This document shows, piece after piece, positions 42,914-54,890 of a stretch of 64,000 bases of DNA. Every line of letters starts with the position of its first letter. The stretch's first letter is position 1. The position numbers and the translations under genes were made by a program. Source of the DNA: Meyerozyma guilliermondii (lineage: Eukaryota); NCBI GenBank assembly GCA_051546255.1, contig CP128815.1, positions 124,001 through 188,000 of the forward strand, written 5' to 3'. Below the pieces are notes generated by a model that searched no databases, was not told the DNA's origin, and saw only the letters and a program-made list of their open reading frames with translations.

Positions 42914-45900
42914 CTATATATATCCTCCTTTCTTGCACATTCCGTAGAATATGCTGTTCTTATCTTCCAATAATTTCTCTGGCGTATCAAATTCTTTGAC
43001 TGTTCCATTGTCTAATGTGATGATACGATCGCTGTCCATCACGGTATCGAGTCTATGGGCAATAGTGACAATGGTTCTGTCTTTAAATTCGCTCCTGATT
43101 GTTTCTTGTACCACACTATCGGTCTGTGAGTCAACAGCAGCAGTAGCTTCGTCGAGAACAAGAATTCTAGAAGGATTCAAAAGCGCTCTCGCAAGACACA
43201 TGAGTTGCTTCTGTCCCGCCGAGAGATTGGCTCCTCCTTCAGAAACCTTGTAGTTGAGTCTATTTTCCTCACCTTCAGGAAGTTCGAACCGCAACACATG
43301 CTCCTTCAAGTGTGAGTGCTCAAGTACCTTCCATAATGCTTCGTCGGTATGTTGATTAAGAGGGTCCAAATTTTGACGGAGAGTACCCTCAAAGGCTTGA
43401 GAGTCCTGTGGGATAATGGCAAGACTACCTCTCAACAAAGAGAGATTGAGTTCACTAGTGTTTAACCCGTCGATACTAATGTGGCCGGTTTCAGGTTCGA
43501 TGATGCGGAAGATAGCTAGCGCCAATGAACTCTTACCAGCTCCAGTCCTCCCAACTACTCCAATCTTTTCTTGTGGCTTGATGTCAAGGTTGATGTTTTT
43601 CAATACCAAGTCAAGATTTGCACGATACCGTGTAGAGTAGTCTTTAAACTCGATTGCTCCATTATCTGGCCACGATTCTCCAACTTCGGTCCTGCCCAAA
43701 CCGGTTTCATTCTCAATGGGCAAGTCCCAATACTCGACACAGCGCTCAAAGCATACAATATTGGATTCCACCATTGCAGAGGTTTGTACGAGTAAACTGA
43801 GGGAGCCAGTGACTGTCAAGGCATAAGTCATTAAGAAACCGGCCATTCCTGCTGTAAGAGGCTTCGAAGAGAGGAGCGTCAAAACTGACAAAATGGAGGA
43901 AGACAACACCAGAATGGATCCGAGAAAGTGTAACCTTGTTGAAAGCCATCTGCTAATCGACTGCAGCATGAAAAGACTTTTTGTGTTCACATCAATGTTT
44001 GATCTGTTGATATAACAGAAACGATCCATTTGATCAAATGCTCTCAATGTATCAACTCCGTTCAAACTCTCTTGCAAGTGGGCGTAAATGGGCGATCTCG
44101 AGACAGATATCAATCTTTTGAGCTCACGCGAGATGGAGATATAGTATCTCTGATAATATCCATACACGAACGAGAGCACGAATATCATTATTGTAAAAGG
44201 TGGAATGGCAAGACCAACAATGAGCAAAGTTATCAAAGTCGTTGCAAAAGAAGTAAAGAGCAGATCGAACACTCCCGCCAATACATCGTCAACTTTGTTG
44301 ATATCTGAAGTGAACCGATTCATTATGCGGCCCAAAGGAGTTCGTTCAAAGAACAGCATTGGGGCACGAAGGACTCTGGCAGCCATCCGATCGTGGGTGA
44401 CTCGAGAAGCCCTCAATGCTAAGATAACCTGAATCATGGTACCTTTTATAACTCCTAGAATGCTTCGACTTATTCCGATTGCAGCATAAATGGCAATGAA
44501 CTTCCAAACGGCCTCTCTTGAACTATTCTCAGAGCCCAGTTCGGCCCAGTACTTGAGCCAATAAGTGCCAGCAACTTCAGCTAAAGTTGTCAACGCAACG
44601 AACACGATAGCAGTAATTGATCCAGGCACAGAACAAGCTCTGGCATATTTTAAATAGACACCCCATTTCACAGCTCCCTTGGCGGAATCTTCCTTCAACT
44701 GGGCAGTGCGGATATTTGGGAGAAGCTTCTCAAGCGAATTCCAACTAAACTCAGCTATTTTCGCCTTTTCGTACTTTTTTGGCCTCTCGGTGGTAGTCAC
44801 TTGACCGCTTTGTGGCCTTATTGAAGGCGTTCCACTTTCAGAGCCACTGTCAAGTTTGGTAACTAGCTCATACAATTTCGTACAATTCTCTTCCTTTCCG
44901 TACACTTGAAATACAGTTCCATGTTCCACAATTGTACCGTGCTCAAGCAAGTAAATATGGTCAGCCAAGTCCAAAACAGGGATCGAATTAGTAGCCAAGA
45001 TAACAGTTTTGCCTGAAAGGAGGCCAGTCGATTTGGAAAGCACTTGATCAGTGATTTTTTGACCCACATGAGCATCGACTGCCGACAAAACATCGTCCAA
45101 GAGATAGACGTCCGCTCTAGCGTACACTGCTCTTGCTAATGCAAGTCTTGCTTTTTGACCGCCCGATAACGATACCCCCTTTTCGCCCACTTGAGTGTCG
45201 TCCCCATCAGGAAGAATCTCTAAATCTGGAAGCAATTCACACGCTTCAATAGTTCGCTGATAAAAATCTTCGTCATACTCGTATCCAAATAAGATGTTCT
45301 CCTTTACTGATGCATTCATAATCCAAGGATTTTGCGCACAGTATGCAACGGAACCAAAAACACCGAATGAGGTAGGCTGGTGAATATTGTCACCATTGAC
45401 AGCATTGAAATTTCCTAAGATTGCTGATAAGAAACTCGATTTACCACTGCCGACTTTACCAACCACGCATATTATGTTGCCAACTGGGACCTGGAAATCT
45501 ATCTTTTTCAATGCATACTTCACCTCTGGAATCAAAGCTTCTTCTTCCAGATCTCTCTCAGGTACAGGTGGAGGGGGTGAACGAAGGAAAGAGGTATTCT
45601 TGATGGAGATGGCGTGCTCTAACGGGGTATCGGAATTGAATCTTTGAATCATTTTTTCGTCAATTTCATCGAGAATCAAGAAAGATCTTATTCTGCCCAA
45701 TGAGACGGAGGTTTCTACCAATGAGGTCATCACCGCCGGAAAGGCAAGAATCGGGGTAGCAAGCAACCGAAGAAGAGTCAAGGCAGGGAAAACGGTATTC
45801 GACGTAAGTTCCCGGCCCAGAAACAAAGCGAACGTGGAGAGAGCAGCGAAAGAAATCAAGAAAGGAGTAGATTTCCAAATGACCATTATAAATTGTCTGA

Positions 45901-47446
45901 TTACTCTGATCTTTCGTGAGTTCTTGAGTTCTTGATCATTCCTAGCTTCGCTTAGCTTGGCCAACATTGGAATTTCCCAAGCGTAGAGCTTGATACTTTT
46001 GATAGATGAAAATATTTCGTTGACAACTCGAGTTCTGTGATCCTTGAGAGCCATTTGGGTCTTTCCCAACGAACGCTGTAACTTGATGAGGCTGGCAGTG
46101 AAAGGTGAAAGAATAACCATGACGAGAAACCCGGTGCACGTTGCGGGTCCACCCAAGAGTTTCCACAAGGAGAGGACTCCCACAACCATTTGAATTGGCG
46201 CGAGTACAATAATACTCATCGTTTGAGAAGCACCTTGGATTTTTATGACATCGACGGAAACCAAGTTGATTATATCGCCAGCAGAGCTCTTCTGACGAGC
46301 TTCTGCTGAAAGCTTCAAACTCTTCTGAAATATCAATGCATTGAGAGATGAGCGCAATCCAAGACCCAACTCTGCTATCTTTAAAACGTATTGGTTGTAA
46401 AGAGCTGTTTGTACTATAGTCAAGAGACCCATTGAGAAACAGATAAGTACACCTTGTAATATTGAAGGTGAATCTTTTTGGAAAAACGTGATGAAGATTC
46501 TCAATAATTGAGGCTGTACAAAGTCCAACATGGATTCGGAGAGCTCATAGACAAAGGAGAGTATGGTCACAAACCAGAAGCTCACCCATAACGTACGCAA
46601 TAAGGAAGGTTCTTTGTGGTTCTGCCTTTCGGCATCCCAATTTTTCGCAAGCTTCTTCGATACATCGGCAGACTCCAAATTAGCCGGGGAATTTGGTAAG
46701 TCTAAGTTGGTGACAGTATCATTATTGTAGGAATTTGCAATCAAGTCATTCATCCAGGTGAAAGTAATTCTTTCGTACAAATTTGGCTTGAATAAATCGA
46801 CTTCAAGTCCTCGTTTTGTATAGCTGAAGATAAGTTCATGTGTGGGTTTCCAGAAAGTCCTCGCTCCTTCAAAAACGCACACAACAATCGAGTTCAAAAT
46901 AAGCACAAGCTCCACGACATGGATAGCATTGTAGGAAGTACCCTTCACCACATGTTGCCTGGTAAAAGTGTCCTGGTACCAAAGAAAGATATGCGCGGCA
47001 ACCATAAAGGGCCAGTAGCAAAGCAAGAACAGATCTGCCGTTGGTGACCGAGTCACTTCAATTACATGTAATGGGAGGATCACTGTCGCGAGAGCAACCA
47101 AAGTTGTACCAAACGACAAAACTTTTGCATCTGCTTTGCGTTCGTGAATATTCACAAACGTACAGAGATAAAACCACAAGATGCAATGGAAAGACACCAA
47201 AAATATCCGCAAGGTGTGTAGGAGTCCAGTACTTTTGGGCCCATAGTTTCCTAGCTTTGGTTTCTTATAGCTAGTCCACAAACGACCACTTAAAATGACA
47301 AAGAAGGTGCCATTGATATAGGTAAAGAGCCACAATATGAAGCAAGGATTGAAGGCATTTTCATCGGTTGAAGATACAGCATTCAAGATAGACCTCCAGT
47401 CGCAAAACGTTGCGGTGGTCCCGCGATCCAAACTATTTTGAATCAT
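42914..47446 (-). CDS. ABCC/MRP full-size ABC transporter (Ycf1/Bpt1/Mlt1-like)
   Basis: TMD0 plus two TMD-NBD halves; GKVGSGKS, LSGGQKARL, GRTGAGKSS, LSAGQKQL and LDEATAAVD; first ATG at 47446. Confidence 0.92.
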   Translation of the reverse strand: MIQNSLDRGTTATFCDWRSILNAVSSTDENAFNPCFILWLFTYINGTFFVILSGRLWTSYKKPKLGNYGPKSTGLLHTLRIFLVSFHCILWFYLCTFVNIHERKADAKVLSFGTTLVALATVILPLHVIEVTRSPTADLFLLCYWPFMVAAHIFLWYQDTFTRQHVVKGTSYNAIHVVELVLILNSIVVCVFEGARTFWKPTHELIFSYTKRGLEVDLFKPNLYERITFTWMNDLIANSYNNDTVTNLDLPNSPANLESADVSKKLAKNWDAERQNHKEPSLLRTLWVSFWFVTILSFVYELSESMLDFVQPQLLRIFITFFQKDSPSILQGVLICFSMGLLTIVQTALYNQYVLKIAELGLGLRSSLNALIFQKSLKLSAEARQKSSAGDIINLVSVDVIKIQGASQTMSIIVLAPIQMVVGVLSLWKLLGGPATCTGFLVMVILSPFTASLIKLQRSLGKTQMALKDHRTRVVNEIFSSIKSIKLYAWEIPMLAKLSEARNDQELKNSRKIRVIRQFIMVIWKSTPFLISFAALSTFALFLGRELTSNTVFPALTLLRLLATPILAFPAVMTSLVETSVSLGRIRSFLILDEIDEKMIQRFNSDTPLEHAISIKNTSFLRSPPPPVPERDLEEEALIPEVKYALKKIDFQVPVGNIICVVGKVGSGKSSFLSAILGNFNAVNGDNIHQPTSFGVFGSVAYCAQNPWIMNASVKENILFGYEYDEDFYQRTIEACELLPDLEILPDGDDTQVGEKGVSLSGGQKARLALARAVYARADVYLLDDVLSAVDAHVGQKITDQVLSKSTGLLSGKTVILATNSIPVLDLADHIYLLEHGTIVEHGTVFQVYGKEENCTKLYELVTKLDSGSESGTPSIRPQSGQVTTTERPKKYEKAKIAEFSWNSLEKLLPNIRTAQLKEDSAKGAVKWGVYLKYARACSVPGSITAIVFVALTTLAEVAGTYWLKYWAELGSENSSREAVWKFIAIYAAIGISRSILGVIKGTMIQVILALRASRVTHDRMAARVLRAPMLFFERTPLGRIMNRFTSDINKVDDVLAGVFDLLFTSFATTLITLLIVGLAIPPFTIMIFVLSFVYGYYQRYYISISRELKRLISVSRSPIYAHLQESLNGVDTLRAFDQMDRFCYINRSNIDVNTKSLFMLQSISRWLSTRLHFLGSILVLSSSILSVLTLLSSKPLTAGMAGFLMTYALTVTGSLSLLVQTSAMVESNIVCFERCVEYWDLPIENETGLGRTEVGESWPDNGAIEFKDYSTRYRANLDLVLKNINLDIKPQEKIGVVGRTGAGKSSLALAIFRIIEPETGHISIDGLNTSELNLSLLRGSLAIIPQDSQAFEGTLRQNLDPLNQHTDEALWKVLEHSHLKEHVLRFELPEGEENRLNYKVSEGGANLSAGQKQLMCLARALLNPSRILVLDEATAAVDSQTDSVVQETIRSEFKDRTIVTIAHRLDTVMDSDRIITLDNGTVKEFDTPEKLLEDKNSIFYGMCKKGGYI

Positions 47447-48032
47447 AATAGTTGGGAAAGTGCCGTCAGCATGTGTCTTAATATAAGAGCTTGATGGTAC
47501 CGCACCCTGCACGGCTCCTAGCGCGCTAATTTGATGGTGCGGGTGTACTGGATGTTCTCGGTGGCTGATAGAGAGTGGCTTTGAAGAATTAATACGTCAA
47601 ACTTTATCGCAGGTTGCATTTGTCGGGCATTCACGGAAGACATAGCTGAGAGGCGCAAATTCAGGAAATGTCTCCGGGTCTCAGGCTTATGCATGACCCC
47701 AGTTTCCCTGAATTTTTTTTAATTGAAGCATATTGATATGAATTCATATTATATTTTGTCTCAAATTTGAATTGCACCTGATAGCGCTTTAAGCGAGCCG
47801 CACCCTTTAATTCTGGATGATCGCTATGAGCGGTACTGTATAAATCAACAGCAAGTTCCGAGCAGGTTGATATGGTTGCAAAAGAGCTATATTTCATCCC
47901 TTGGCATTGAGCTGTTCTTATAAGCAGTATCCTGCTCCGTTACCATAGACATGATGGCAATTAACGATTTTCGTCAGTATGTAATTTTTTTTCTCGGACA
48001 TCTTCCCGCGCCGGAGCCGAAATTGCCAGAAG

Positions 48033-48366
48033 CCAATCACGCGCTGCATAATTGGAGATCACACCCTCGGAATTGCACACTTCCGGATGGGACCCCACAA
48101 ACAACGAAAAGGTGACACCACTAAGCCGGAAATAGCCATTGAAGCTAGAGAATCAAGTCAGCAGCAAACAAGCACCAATGGTTACTGATGTATAGCTCAT
48201 ATACAGCTTTTTCGCTATTTCTGTCAACTTTTTGGCACCAAGAATGGACAGTGATGTTCACACCCATACACCGTACCACCCTCGGAAGTACCAGCAATTA
48301 TTAACTTGGCGCGTTTGATTGGTTCCACGACCCGCTTCGGTGCCCTCGGTGGGATCTGATATAAAA
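48033..48366 (+). promoter_or_regulatory. ACO1 promoter: CCAAT boxes, three CCCTCGG motifs and a TATA box
   Basis: CCAAT at 48033 and 48175; ATTGG at 48051 and 48318 (TGATTGGTT); CCTCGG at 48065, 48280 and 48344; TATAAAA at ~48360. Confidence 0.55.
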
Positions 48367-48433
48367 AGGATCAAAACGAGGAGTTTTTTTTCGTTGGTAG
48401 ATATTTCGGCAAACCACTAAATTTTGTCACACA

Positions 48434-50773
48434 ATGTTGTCAGCAACTAGAGGTGCTTTGAAGGCTCCACGTACGCACTCCATCCGTGGATTGGCTACTG
48501 CTGGTATCACTAGAGACTCCCAGGTTAACCAAAACTTGTTGGAATCTCATTCGTTCATCAACTATAAAAAGAATGTTGAAACCGTTGACATTGTCAAGAA
48601 GAGATTGAATCGTCCATTGACTTACGCTGAAAAGTTGTTGTACGCACACTTGGATGATCCTCATGGACAAGACATTGAGAGAGGTGTGTCTTACTTGAAG
48701 TTGAGACCTGACAGAGTTGCTTGTCAAGATGCTACCGCTCAAATGGCTATTTTGCAATTTATGTCTGCTGGTATGCCACAAGTTGCCACTCCATCCACTG
48801 TTCACTGTGACCACTTGATTCAAGCCCAAGTTGGTTCCAAGAAGGATTTGGCTAGAGCCATTGACTTGAACAAGGAGGTGTTTGACTTTTTGTCCTCTGC
48901 TTGTGCCAAGTACAACTTGGGTTTCTGGAAGCCTGGTTCGGGTATTATTCACCAAATTGTGTTGGAGAACTATGCATTCCCCGGTGCTTTGTTGATTGGT
49001 ACTGACTCCCACACTCCTAACGCTGGTGGTTTGGGTCAATTGGCCATTGGTGTTGGTGGTGCTGATGCCGTCGATGTCATGGCTGGTTTGCCATGGGAAT
49101 TGAAGGCCCCTAAGATCATCGGTGTCAAGTTGACCGGTAAGATGTCGGGTTGGACTTCTCCAAAGGATATCATCTTGAAATTGGCTGGTATCACCACCGT
49201 CAAGGGTGGAACTGGTGCCATTGTTGAGTACTTTGGTTCTGGTGTTGAGACCTTCTCCTGTACTGGTATGGGTACCATCTGTAATATGGGTGCTGAAATC
49301 GGTGCTACCACCTCGGTGTTCCCATTCAACAACTCTATGGTTGACTACTTGAATGCCACTGGTAGATCTCAAATTGCTGAATTCGCTCAACTCTACAAGA
49401 AAGACTTCTTGTCTGCTGACGAAGGATGTGAGTACGACCAAATCATCGAGATTGATTTGAACACCTTGGAGCCTCACGTCAACGGTCCATTCACCCCTGA
49501 CTTGGCTACTCCAATCTCCAAGATGAAGGAGACTGCTAAGGCCAACGACTGGCCAATGGACGTCAAGGTCGGTTTGATTGGTTCTTGTACCAACTCTTCC
49601 TACGAGGACATGTCTAGAGCTGCTTCCATCATTAAGGATGCTGCTGAGCATGGATTGAAGGCTAAGACCATCTACACTGTCTCTCCTGGTTCTGAGCAAG
49701 TTAGAGCCACCATCGAGAGAGATGGTCAATTGAAGACTTTCGAAGATTTTGGTGGTATCGTCATGGCTAACGCTTGTGGTCCTTGTATCGGTCAATGGGA
49801 CAGACAGGACATCAAGAAGGGTGACAAGAACACTATTGTTTCTTCTTTCAACAGAAACTTCACCTCCAGAAATGACGGTAACCCAGCTACCCATGCTTTC
49901 GTTTCTTCTCCAGAAATGGTTACTGCATACGCTATCGCTGGTGACTTGGGTTTCAACCCAATCACTGACACCTTGGTTGGTGCTGATGGTAAGGAGTTCA
50001 AGTTGAAGGAGCCAACTGGTGTCGGTTTGCCTCCAAACGGTTACGACAAGGGTGAGAACACCTACCAAGCTCCTCCAGCTGACAGAAGTCAAGTCACTGT
50101 TGAGATTGCCCCAACCTCTGACAGATTGCAAAAGTTGTCTCCATTCAAGCCATGGAACGGTAAGGACGCCGTTGGTTTGCCAATTTTGATTAAGGCTTTG
50201 GGTAAGACTACCACCGATCACATCTCTATGGCCGGTCCTTGGTTGAAATACAGAGGTCACTTGGAAAACATTTCCAACAACTACATGATTGGTGCCACTA
50301 ATGCCGAGAACGGTGAGGCTAACAACCTTAAGAACCGTTTCACTGGTGAATACAAGGGTGTTCCAGAGGTCGCTGCTGAGTACAGAGACGCTGGTAAGCC
50401 ATGGGTTGTCATTGGTGACGAAAACTTTGGTGAGGGTTCTTCTAGAGAACACGCCGCTTTGGAGCCAAGATTCTTGGGTGGTTTCGCTATCATTACCAAG
50501 TCGTTCGCTCGTATTCACGAAACTAACTTGAAGAAACAAGGTATGTTGCCATTGAACTTCAAGAACGTGGCTGACTACGACAGAATCAACCCTGAGGACA
50601 CTGTTGATATCCTTGGATTGACTGAGTTAGCCCCAGGTAAGAACCTTATCTTGAGAGTCCACCCTCAAGATGGTGGTGAGCCATGGGAGTGTGAGTTGAC
50701 CCACACTTACAACGCTGAACAAATTGAGTGGTTCAAGTACGGATCTGCTTTGAACAAGATGGCAGCCAATTAA
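48434..50773 (+). CDS. ACO1: Mitochondrial aconitase
   Basis: Presequence; [44 protein letters not shown] and GSSREHAA; strong codon bias. Confidence 0.98.
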   Translation: MLSATRGALKAPRTHSIRGLATAGITRDSQVNQNLLESHSFINYKKNVETVDIVKKRLNRPLTYAEKLLYAHLDDPHGQDIERGVSYLKLRPDRVACQDATAQMAILQFMSAGMPQVATPSTVHCDHLIQAQVGSKKDLARAIDLNKEVFDFLSSACAKYNLGFWKPGSGIIHQIVLENYAFPGALLIGTDSHTPNAGGLGQLAIGVGGADAVDVMAGLPWELKAPKIIGVKLTGKMSGWTSPKDIILKLAGITTVKGGTGAIVEYFGSGVETFSCTGMGTICNMGAEIGATTSVFPFNNSMVDYLNATGRSQIAEFAQLYKKDFLSADEGCEYDQIIEIDLNTLEPHVNGPFTPDLATPISKMKETAKANDWPMDVKVGLIGSCTNSSYEDMSRAASIIKDAAEHGLKAKTIYTVSPGSEQVRATIERDGQLKTFEDFGGIVMANACGPCIGQWDRQDIKKGDKNTIVSSFNRNFTSRNDGNPATHAFVSSPEMVTAYAIAGDLGFNPITDTLVGADGKEFKLKEPTGVGLPPNGYDKGENTYQAPPADRSQVTVEIAPTSDRLQKLSPFKPWNGKDAVGLPILIKALGKTTTDHISMAGPWLKYRGHLENISNNYMIGATNAENGEANNLKNRFTGEYKGVPEVAAEYRDAGKPWVVIGDENFGEGSSREHAALEPRFLGGFAIITKSFARIHETNLKKQGMLPLNFKNVADYDRINPEDTVDILGLTELAPGKNLILRVHPQDGGEPWECELTHTYNAEQIEWFKYGSALNKMAAN

Positions 50774-50877
50774 ATAGTATAAGCGATCTTTATTAAACGG
50801 TACTGTTATTTATTCAATGTTATTCATAGTTATTATTTGTTTAGGCTACCTTTTTCTTTAAAAATGCGCTTTCCGAA

Positions 50878-53800
50878 TCACTCATTATCATTGATGTAGT
50901 CAAGAAGTTCATGTAAAATGTTCTCCAATGACGAGTAGAAAGCACAGTAGTCGTTAATATCCACATAATTGTTTCGTAAGTCATAATACAACTTTTCCTT
51001 CATTTGCACAAGTTCACTTCTACTTGTATGAGGCATTGATTCAGCATTAAGCTCAGGTGAAGCAATATCAACTCCTTGCATCAAGTTGTCATGAAGGAAA
51101 CTAGCTGCCAGATCGTTCAGCTGACCAGAGCTTGACCTTGACATTGATGTTCCTTTGGGCGACTCCTCAGCATTGGAGTTGTGGGCGTCTGAAGTAACAG
51201 GAACAAGTTTTCTTGTTTGTGGATCTAACAAGAGTGGTTGAGGAACATCCATAATGCTGAACAACTCAGTCATGTTCGTGTAACCTGAAACATGGAAATC
51301 AATGAACTCCATGTTGAAATCTTGCTTTCTCTTCAGGTTCAACGACATATATTGGTTGATAAGGTTGATGATGTTGAACTTTTTGAGAATGTACTCCCAG
51401 GTCATATTGGCAAGAGACAACATTCTCTTGTACTTTTCGTTTTTGAACCACTTGCGATGAAGAATAAATAATGCCTTGTTGATCAACTTGACATAGATAA
51501 CCAACTCATTCAAGGCCATAAACTCGTACTTGAATTTCACGGTGATGATAACAAACATCAAAATAATTGAATCCAAGGGAATGGTCCTTTTGACATACCA
51601 ATTGAACTTTCCAAACTTGAAAAAGTCATTATACTTCAAAAAATCATTCAAGTTGTGCAATATCGATGGAATCAAGTTTTTGGTCATGTTCTCATAAGTA
51701 AAGTCTTCAAATTGGTTGAATTTCAACAGGGAGATGGACGAAATGTCAAAGTTGCTGATAATGTTTGCTTCCTGAATTCTGCCGAATGTATCCTCGAATT
51801 GACTCAATGACAATACTCCATCCCGCTTTTTAGGTAAAAAGTCAGATTCATCCAAAAGGGTCGAATCAGCATCACGCTTGCCGTTCACAGTGAGGTCCTT
51901 CCGTGAGTCTTTGGTTGTGTCACTCAACAATATTTTCTTGTGAAGAAGCATAATGGCACGATCGACAAAACTCGAAGAGTGATTCTTCACAAAGTTGATC
52001 AAGTTCATCTCGTGGACAGTTTGAGGAGGGTTTTTCTTGTAAAACGCAGTAATTTTCAAAACTGACTTGTGGCTTTCATGAAAGTAGTTCACAATCATGC
52101 CTTTAATTTCATCGACTTCCTGAGGAGTGATATTGTTTGCAAGTCCATTGTGAAGCTGGTAAACTAAGTCACTCAAAATTCGGTCGAAACCAAACTTGAT
52201 GTTCAAAGCAAGAACTGAAACATTCAATTTCTTTTCTTTCAACTGCCCGTTCTCTTTGAAAATAGGTTCCTCTTCATCTGGCATCAAGACGTTAAAATCA
52301 TCGAAGCGACAAACTGGAGGCAAGCAAAAATTGTGACTCGTGAGAGCGTCAAGTCCAAATATTACCCACCAAAGCATACGTCTGAACTTGATGACCTCCC
52401 AATCGCTGATTCGGAGACTGAATATGGGGTCTTTATGAAACTGCAAGAACTTGGCGTATCTTATGATCTGAGACATTTCCATCGTTGAGGGGTTAGGAGA
52501 TGTGGACTGAATGATGACATTTCCCAAAAGCAAAGGCACCTTTTTGATTCCATGAGGATAATTGTAGTATTGGCAAATTTTGTTGAAAGCCTTCAAGTAT
52601 TTGTCGATATCTTGATTCAATAGCAAATTGTCATATTCTTCGAATTCGGAGATCGTTGCAGCATATAATACAGAAAAGTAAAGGGTGTAAAATTGCAACT
52701 TGTTGAAGTCCTCACCTTCGGAAGAAGACTGGGAGTTGGTGGGAGAAGGGCGGTCATTGGCAGTGGCAGAAACGGAAGAGGTCCGAGACTGGGTTGCATA
52801 GGGATTATGATGTTCCCAATAAATGTCATGTTCTTTAACAAAGTCCGACAAATTTACCATAACTGGAAGAAGAATATGAACGGAAGTAACGTAACGATTA
52901 ATCAATTCGTATGAACGTTCCTTTGTGGGAGGTAAATGTTTAATAAGGTCATCAAGCAAGTTTTCGTTTTCATAGTAGGTATTGGTACCATATAAATAGT
53001 TTTTGGTGGTAGCTGGATTGGATGGGTAACCTGCCAACTGGGTGGCTAATCCCGGATTGGGGATACCTGGGGTAGGAGCGTTGGAAGCAGGCATTGGGTT
53101 TGTAAACGATTGTGGGTTACTATCGAGAAAATTGGTGACGGTGGAAGTTTGTTCGACATTTTCGAAATTTGTTTGTTGCTTAAAATTGAATGAAGGAGAT
53201 TCGTGTTGAGGACTGTGAACTTGAGGGGACATGATATGGGAGTTTTGTTGGTTTACCATTTGCTCTGCCGGGTTGGCAAACGTGAAAGATGACAAGTTGA
53301 AGTAGTACAGTTCATCATTGGTTGGATTATGGCCAGTATTGGAGTAGTTGGTGTTGAAGTAGTTGTTGGTGATATTGTTCAAGTTGTTAAGGATTGGAGT
53401 CTGAAGTAAACTGTTTGCGGCCTGGTTGTTCTGTGTACTCTGGGGCGACTGCAACGCTCCATGAGGAGATTGCATCGACAACCCCAAATAGTTCATTGCT
53501 AGTTCGGGTACTATCAGAGATTGCGGACCATTCGGCTCATTTTTTGGTTTGTTTCCCTCTTCTTCATCGTGAGAAGTACTGCTGGTACTTTCTATGCTAG
53601 ACAACTGCTGGTGAGCCGACATTGGTGAAGCCGAGCTGGTCAAATCAGAGCTCAGAGACACCGACTCCTGCCTCATTTGCGGCGACGATGTGAGGTTGTT
53701 GGAATTTTGAGAATTCGAAGGTTTCATTTCAAGATCATTAACGTCGAGATGACTTTTACTGGACCGTTTTCCGCCTCGCGAGACCCGCTCGTTGACGAAA

Positions 53801-53997
53801 TAATTGCATTCGATTCCAAGTTTATTGCAGTTATCACACATTGGATGTTGGCGCGAGCACTTGACTTTTTTCAGATGGCAGTAAACACAGCTGAGGATTT
53901 TTCTTTGGCGGGCCTTTTGCACCTTCATGATCTTTCCATTAGAAAGCACCTTCATGTCCTTAGACAGGTAATTTTGGGGAGCGACGCTCACTGACAT
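50878..53997 (-). CDS. Zn(II)2Cys6 transcription factor with fungal TF middle-homology region
   Basis: CVYCH(S)KKVKCSRQHPMCDNCNKLGIEC cluster and FRRMLWWVIFGLD; first ATG at 53997. Confidence 0.9.
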   Translation of the reverse strand: MSVSVAPQNYLSKDMKVLSNGKIMKVQKARQRKILSCVYCHLKKVKCSRQHPMCDNCNKLGIECNYFVNERVSRGGKRSSKSHLDVNDLEMKPSNSQNSNNLTSSPQMRQESVSLSSDLTSSASPMSAHQQLSSIESTSSTSHDEEEGNKPKNEPNGPQSLIVPELAMNYLGLSMQSPHGALQSPQSTQNNQAANSLLQTPILNNLNNITNNYFNTNYSNTGHNPTNDELYYFNLSSFTFANPAEQMVNQQNSHIMSPQVHSPQHESPSFNFKQQTNFENVEQTSTVTNFLDSNPQSFTNPMPASNAPTPGIPNPGLATQLAGYPSNPATTKNYLYGTNTYYENENLLDDLIKHLPPTKERSYELINRYVTSVHILLPVMVNLSDFVKEHDIYWEHHNPYATQSRTSSVSATANDRPSPTNSQSSSEGEDFNKLQFYTLYFSVLYAATISEFEEYDNLLLNQDIDKYLKAFNKICQYYNYPHGIKKVPLLLGNVIIQSTSPNPSTMEMSQIIRYAKFLQFHKDPIFSLRISDWEVIKFRRMLWWVIFGLDALTSHNFCLPPVCRFDDFNVLMPDEEEPIFKENGQLKEKKLNVSVLALNIKFGFDRILSDLVYQLHNGLANNITPQEVDEIKGMIVNYFHESHKSVLKITAFYKKNPPQTVHEMNLINFVKNHSSSFVDRAIMLLHKKILLSDTTKDSRKDLTVNGKRDADSTLLDESDFLPKKRDGVLSLSQFEDTFGRIQEANIISNFDISSISLLKFNQFEDFTYENMTKNLIPSILHNLNDFLKYNDFFKFGKFNWYVKRTIPLDSIILMFVIITVKFKYEFMALNELVIYVKLINKALFILHRKWFKNEKYKRMLSLANMTWEYILKKFNIINLINQYMSLNLKRKQDFNMEFIDFHVSGYTNMTELFSIMDVPQPLLLDPQTRKLVPVTSDAHNSNAEESPKGTSMSRSSSGQLNDLAASFLHDNLMQGVDIASPELNAESMPHTSRSELVQMKEKLYYDLRNNYVDINDYCAFYSSLENILHELLDYINDNE

Positions 53998-54694
53998 GGT
54001 ATTACAAATGTACGACAAAAAGGCGGTTTTTTTCTTGGTTCCATATTCATATATAGGAACCGCATGCTCGGTGTTAAGCGCGCACACCTTATTGGGGCAC
54101 TACTTACGAAAATAGGAGCCCGACAAAGCTTAAAAAACATGACAAAAAAAAGCTATGTATAAGCGCCAAGATCTTTGAACTTTTCCATGGCAGTGCTCTC
54201 GGCATCCCTTGTTCGGTACACTTTCAAAAACAGGATGTTGATGAATCTACCTACATGTGTGATCCCATTACACGGCCCCAGGTTTCGGAGTGTTCTGCAT
54301 CCGCAAATCCGGGGTCACTTAATACCGAGTAATGTGGGGCAGATGAAAATTTATGCACTGCGGGTCACGTTTTGATGGGCTCTGTTGCAACCGTTTGTTT
54401 GGCGTCATATTGTTCATTGCCAACGCTTTGCATGTGTCTCCACTTTCCAACTACCCTGAAAATATTTGGTGCCATCGACCCGGTATGGGTGTATCTCCGA
54501 GCGGTGGAATCTGGTAAAAAATAAAACTTTTCGACCTCTTAGATCCACCAATTACTAAATCATCATTACTACAACAACGAAGGAACTTACATGAGCTATA
54601 TAAGTACCCAAGTCCGATAAATGGTGTCATATCTCCGCCCCCACACGAATTGTCGTTGTTTCGGCCACGAGTCACATTCTCGGGCTTAAGCGCA

Positions 54695-54766
54695 GTCCCG
54701 CTTACGTCGCATTTGCGTCCCACTTGCGCCGCTTGCGTCCCGCTTGGGTGCCGCTTGCGCTCCCGC
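54695..54766 (+). repeat. GC-rich degenerate 11-bp tandem repeat (GTCCCGCTTGC)x~6
   Basis: gtcccgcttac gtcgcatttgc gtcccacttgc gccgcttgc gtcccgcttgg gtgccgcttgc gctcccgc. Confidence 0.7.
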
Positions 54767-54882
54767 AACCGGACATCGTACCTAACGATCGGAAAGTAAC
54801 CAAATACTTCCACGGAAACCTTAAAATAATTAGTCATGGAGCAACACTTACTCAATTAGGTTTGCGGTAGCAACTAAGCCTT

Positions 54883-54890
54883 GTCACGTG
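54883..54890. promoter_or_regulatory. GTCACGTG E-box (Cbf1/Tye7-type)
   Basis: Exact match in the Zn-cluster/SEC23 divergent promoter. Confidence 0.45.

Noticed and set aside
48440..50539. 699-aa antisense ORF over ACO1
   Set aside because: Codon-register shadow of a highly biased gene that avoids TTA/CTA/TCA; no recognisable motifs. The same applies to antisense ORFs over the ALDH, ECI1 and other genes.
54883..54890. Point centromere CDEI
   Set aside because: No AT-rich CDEII or CDEIII follows; the context is GC-rich promoter and this clade is not known to have point centromeres.
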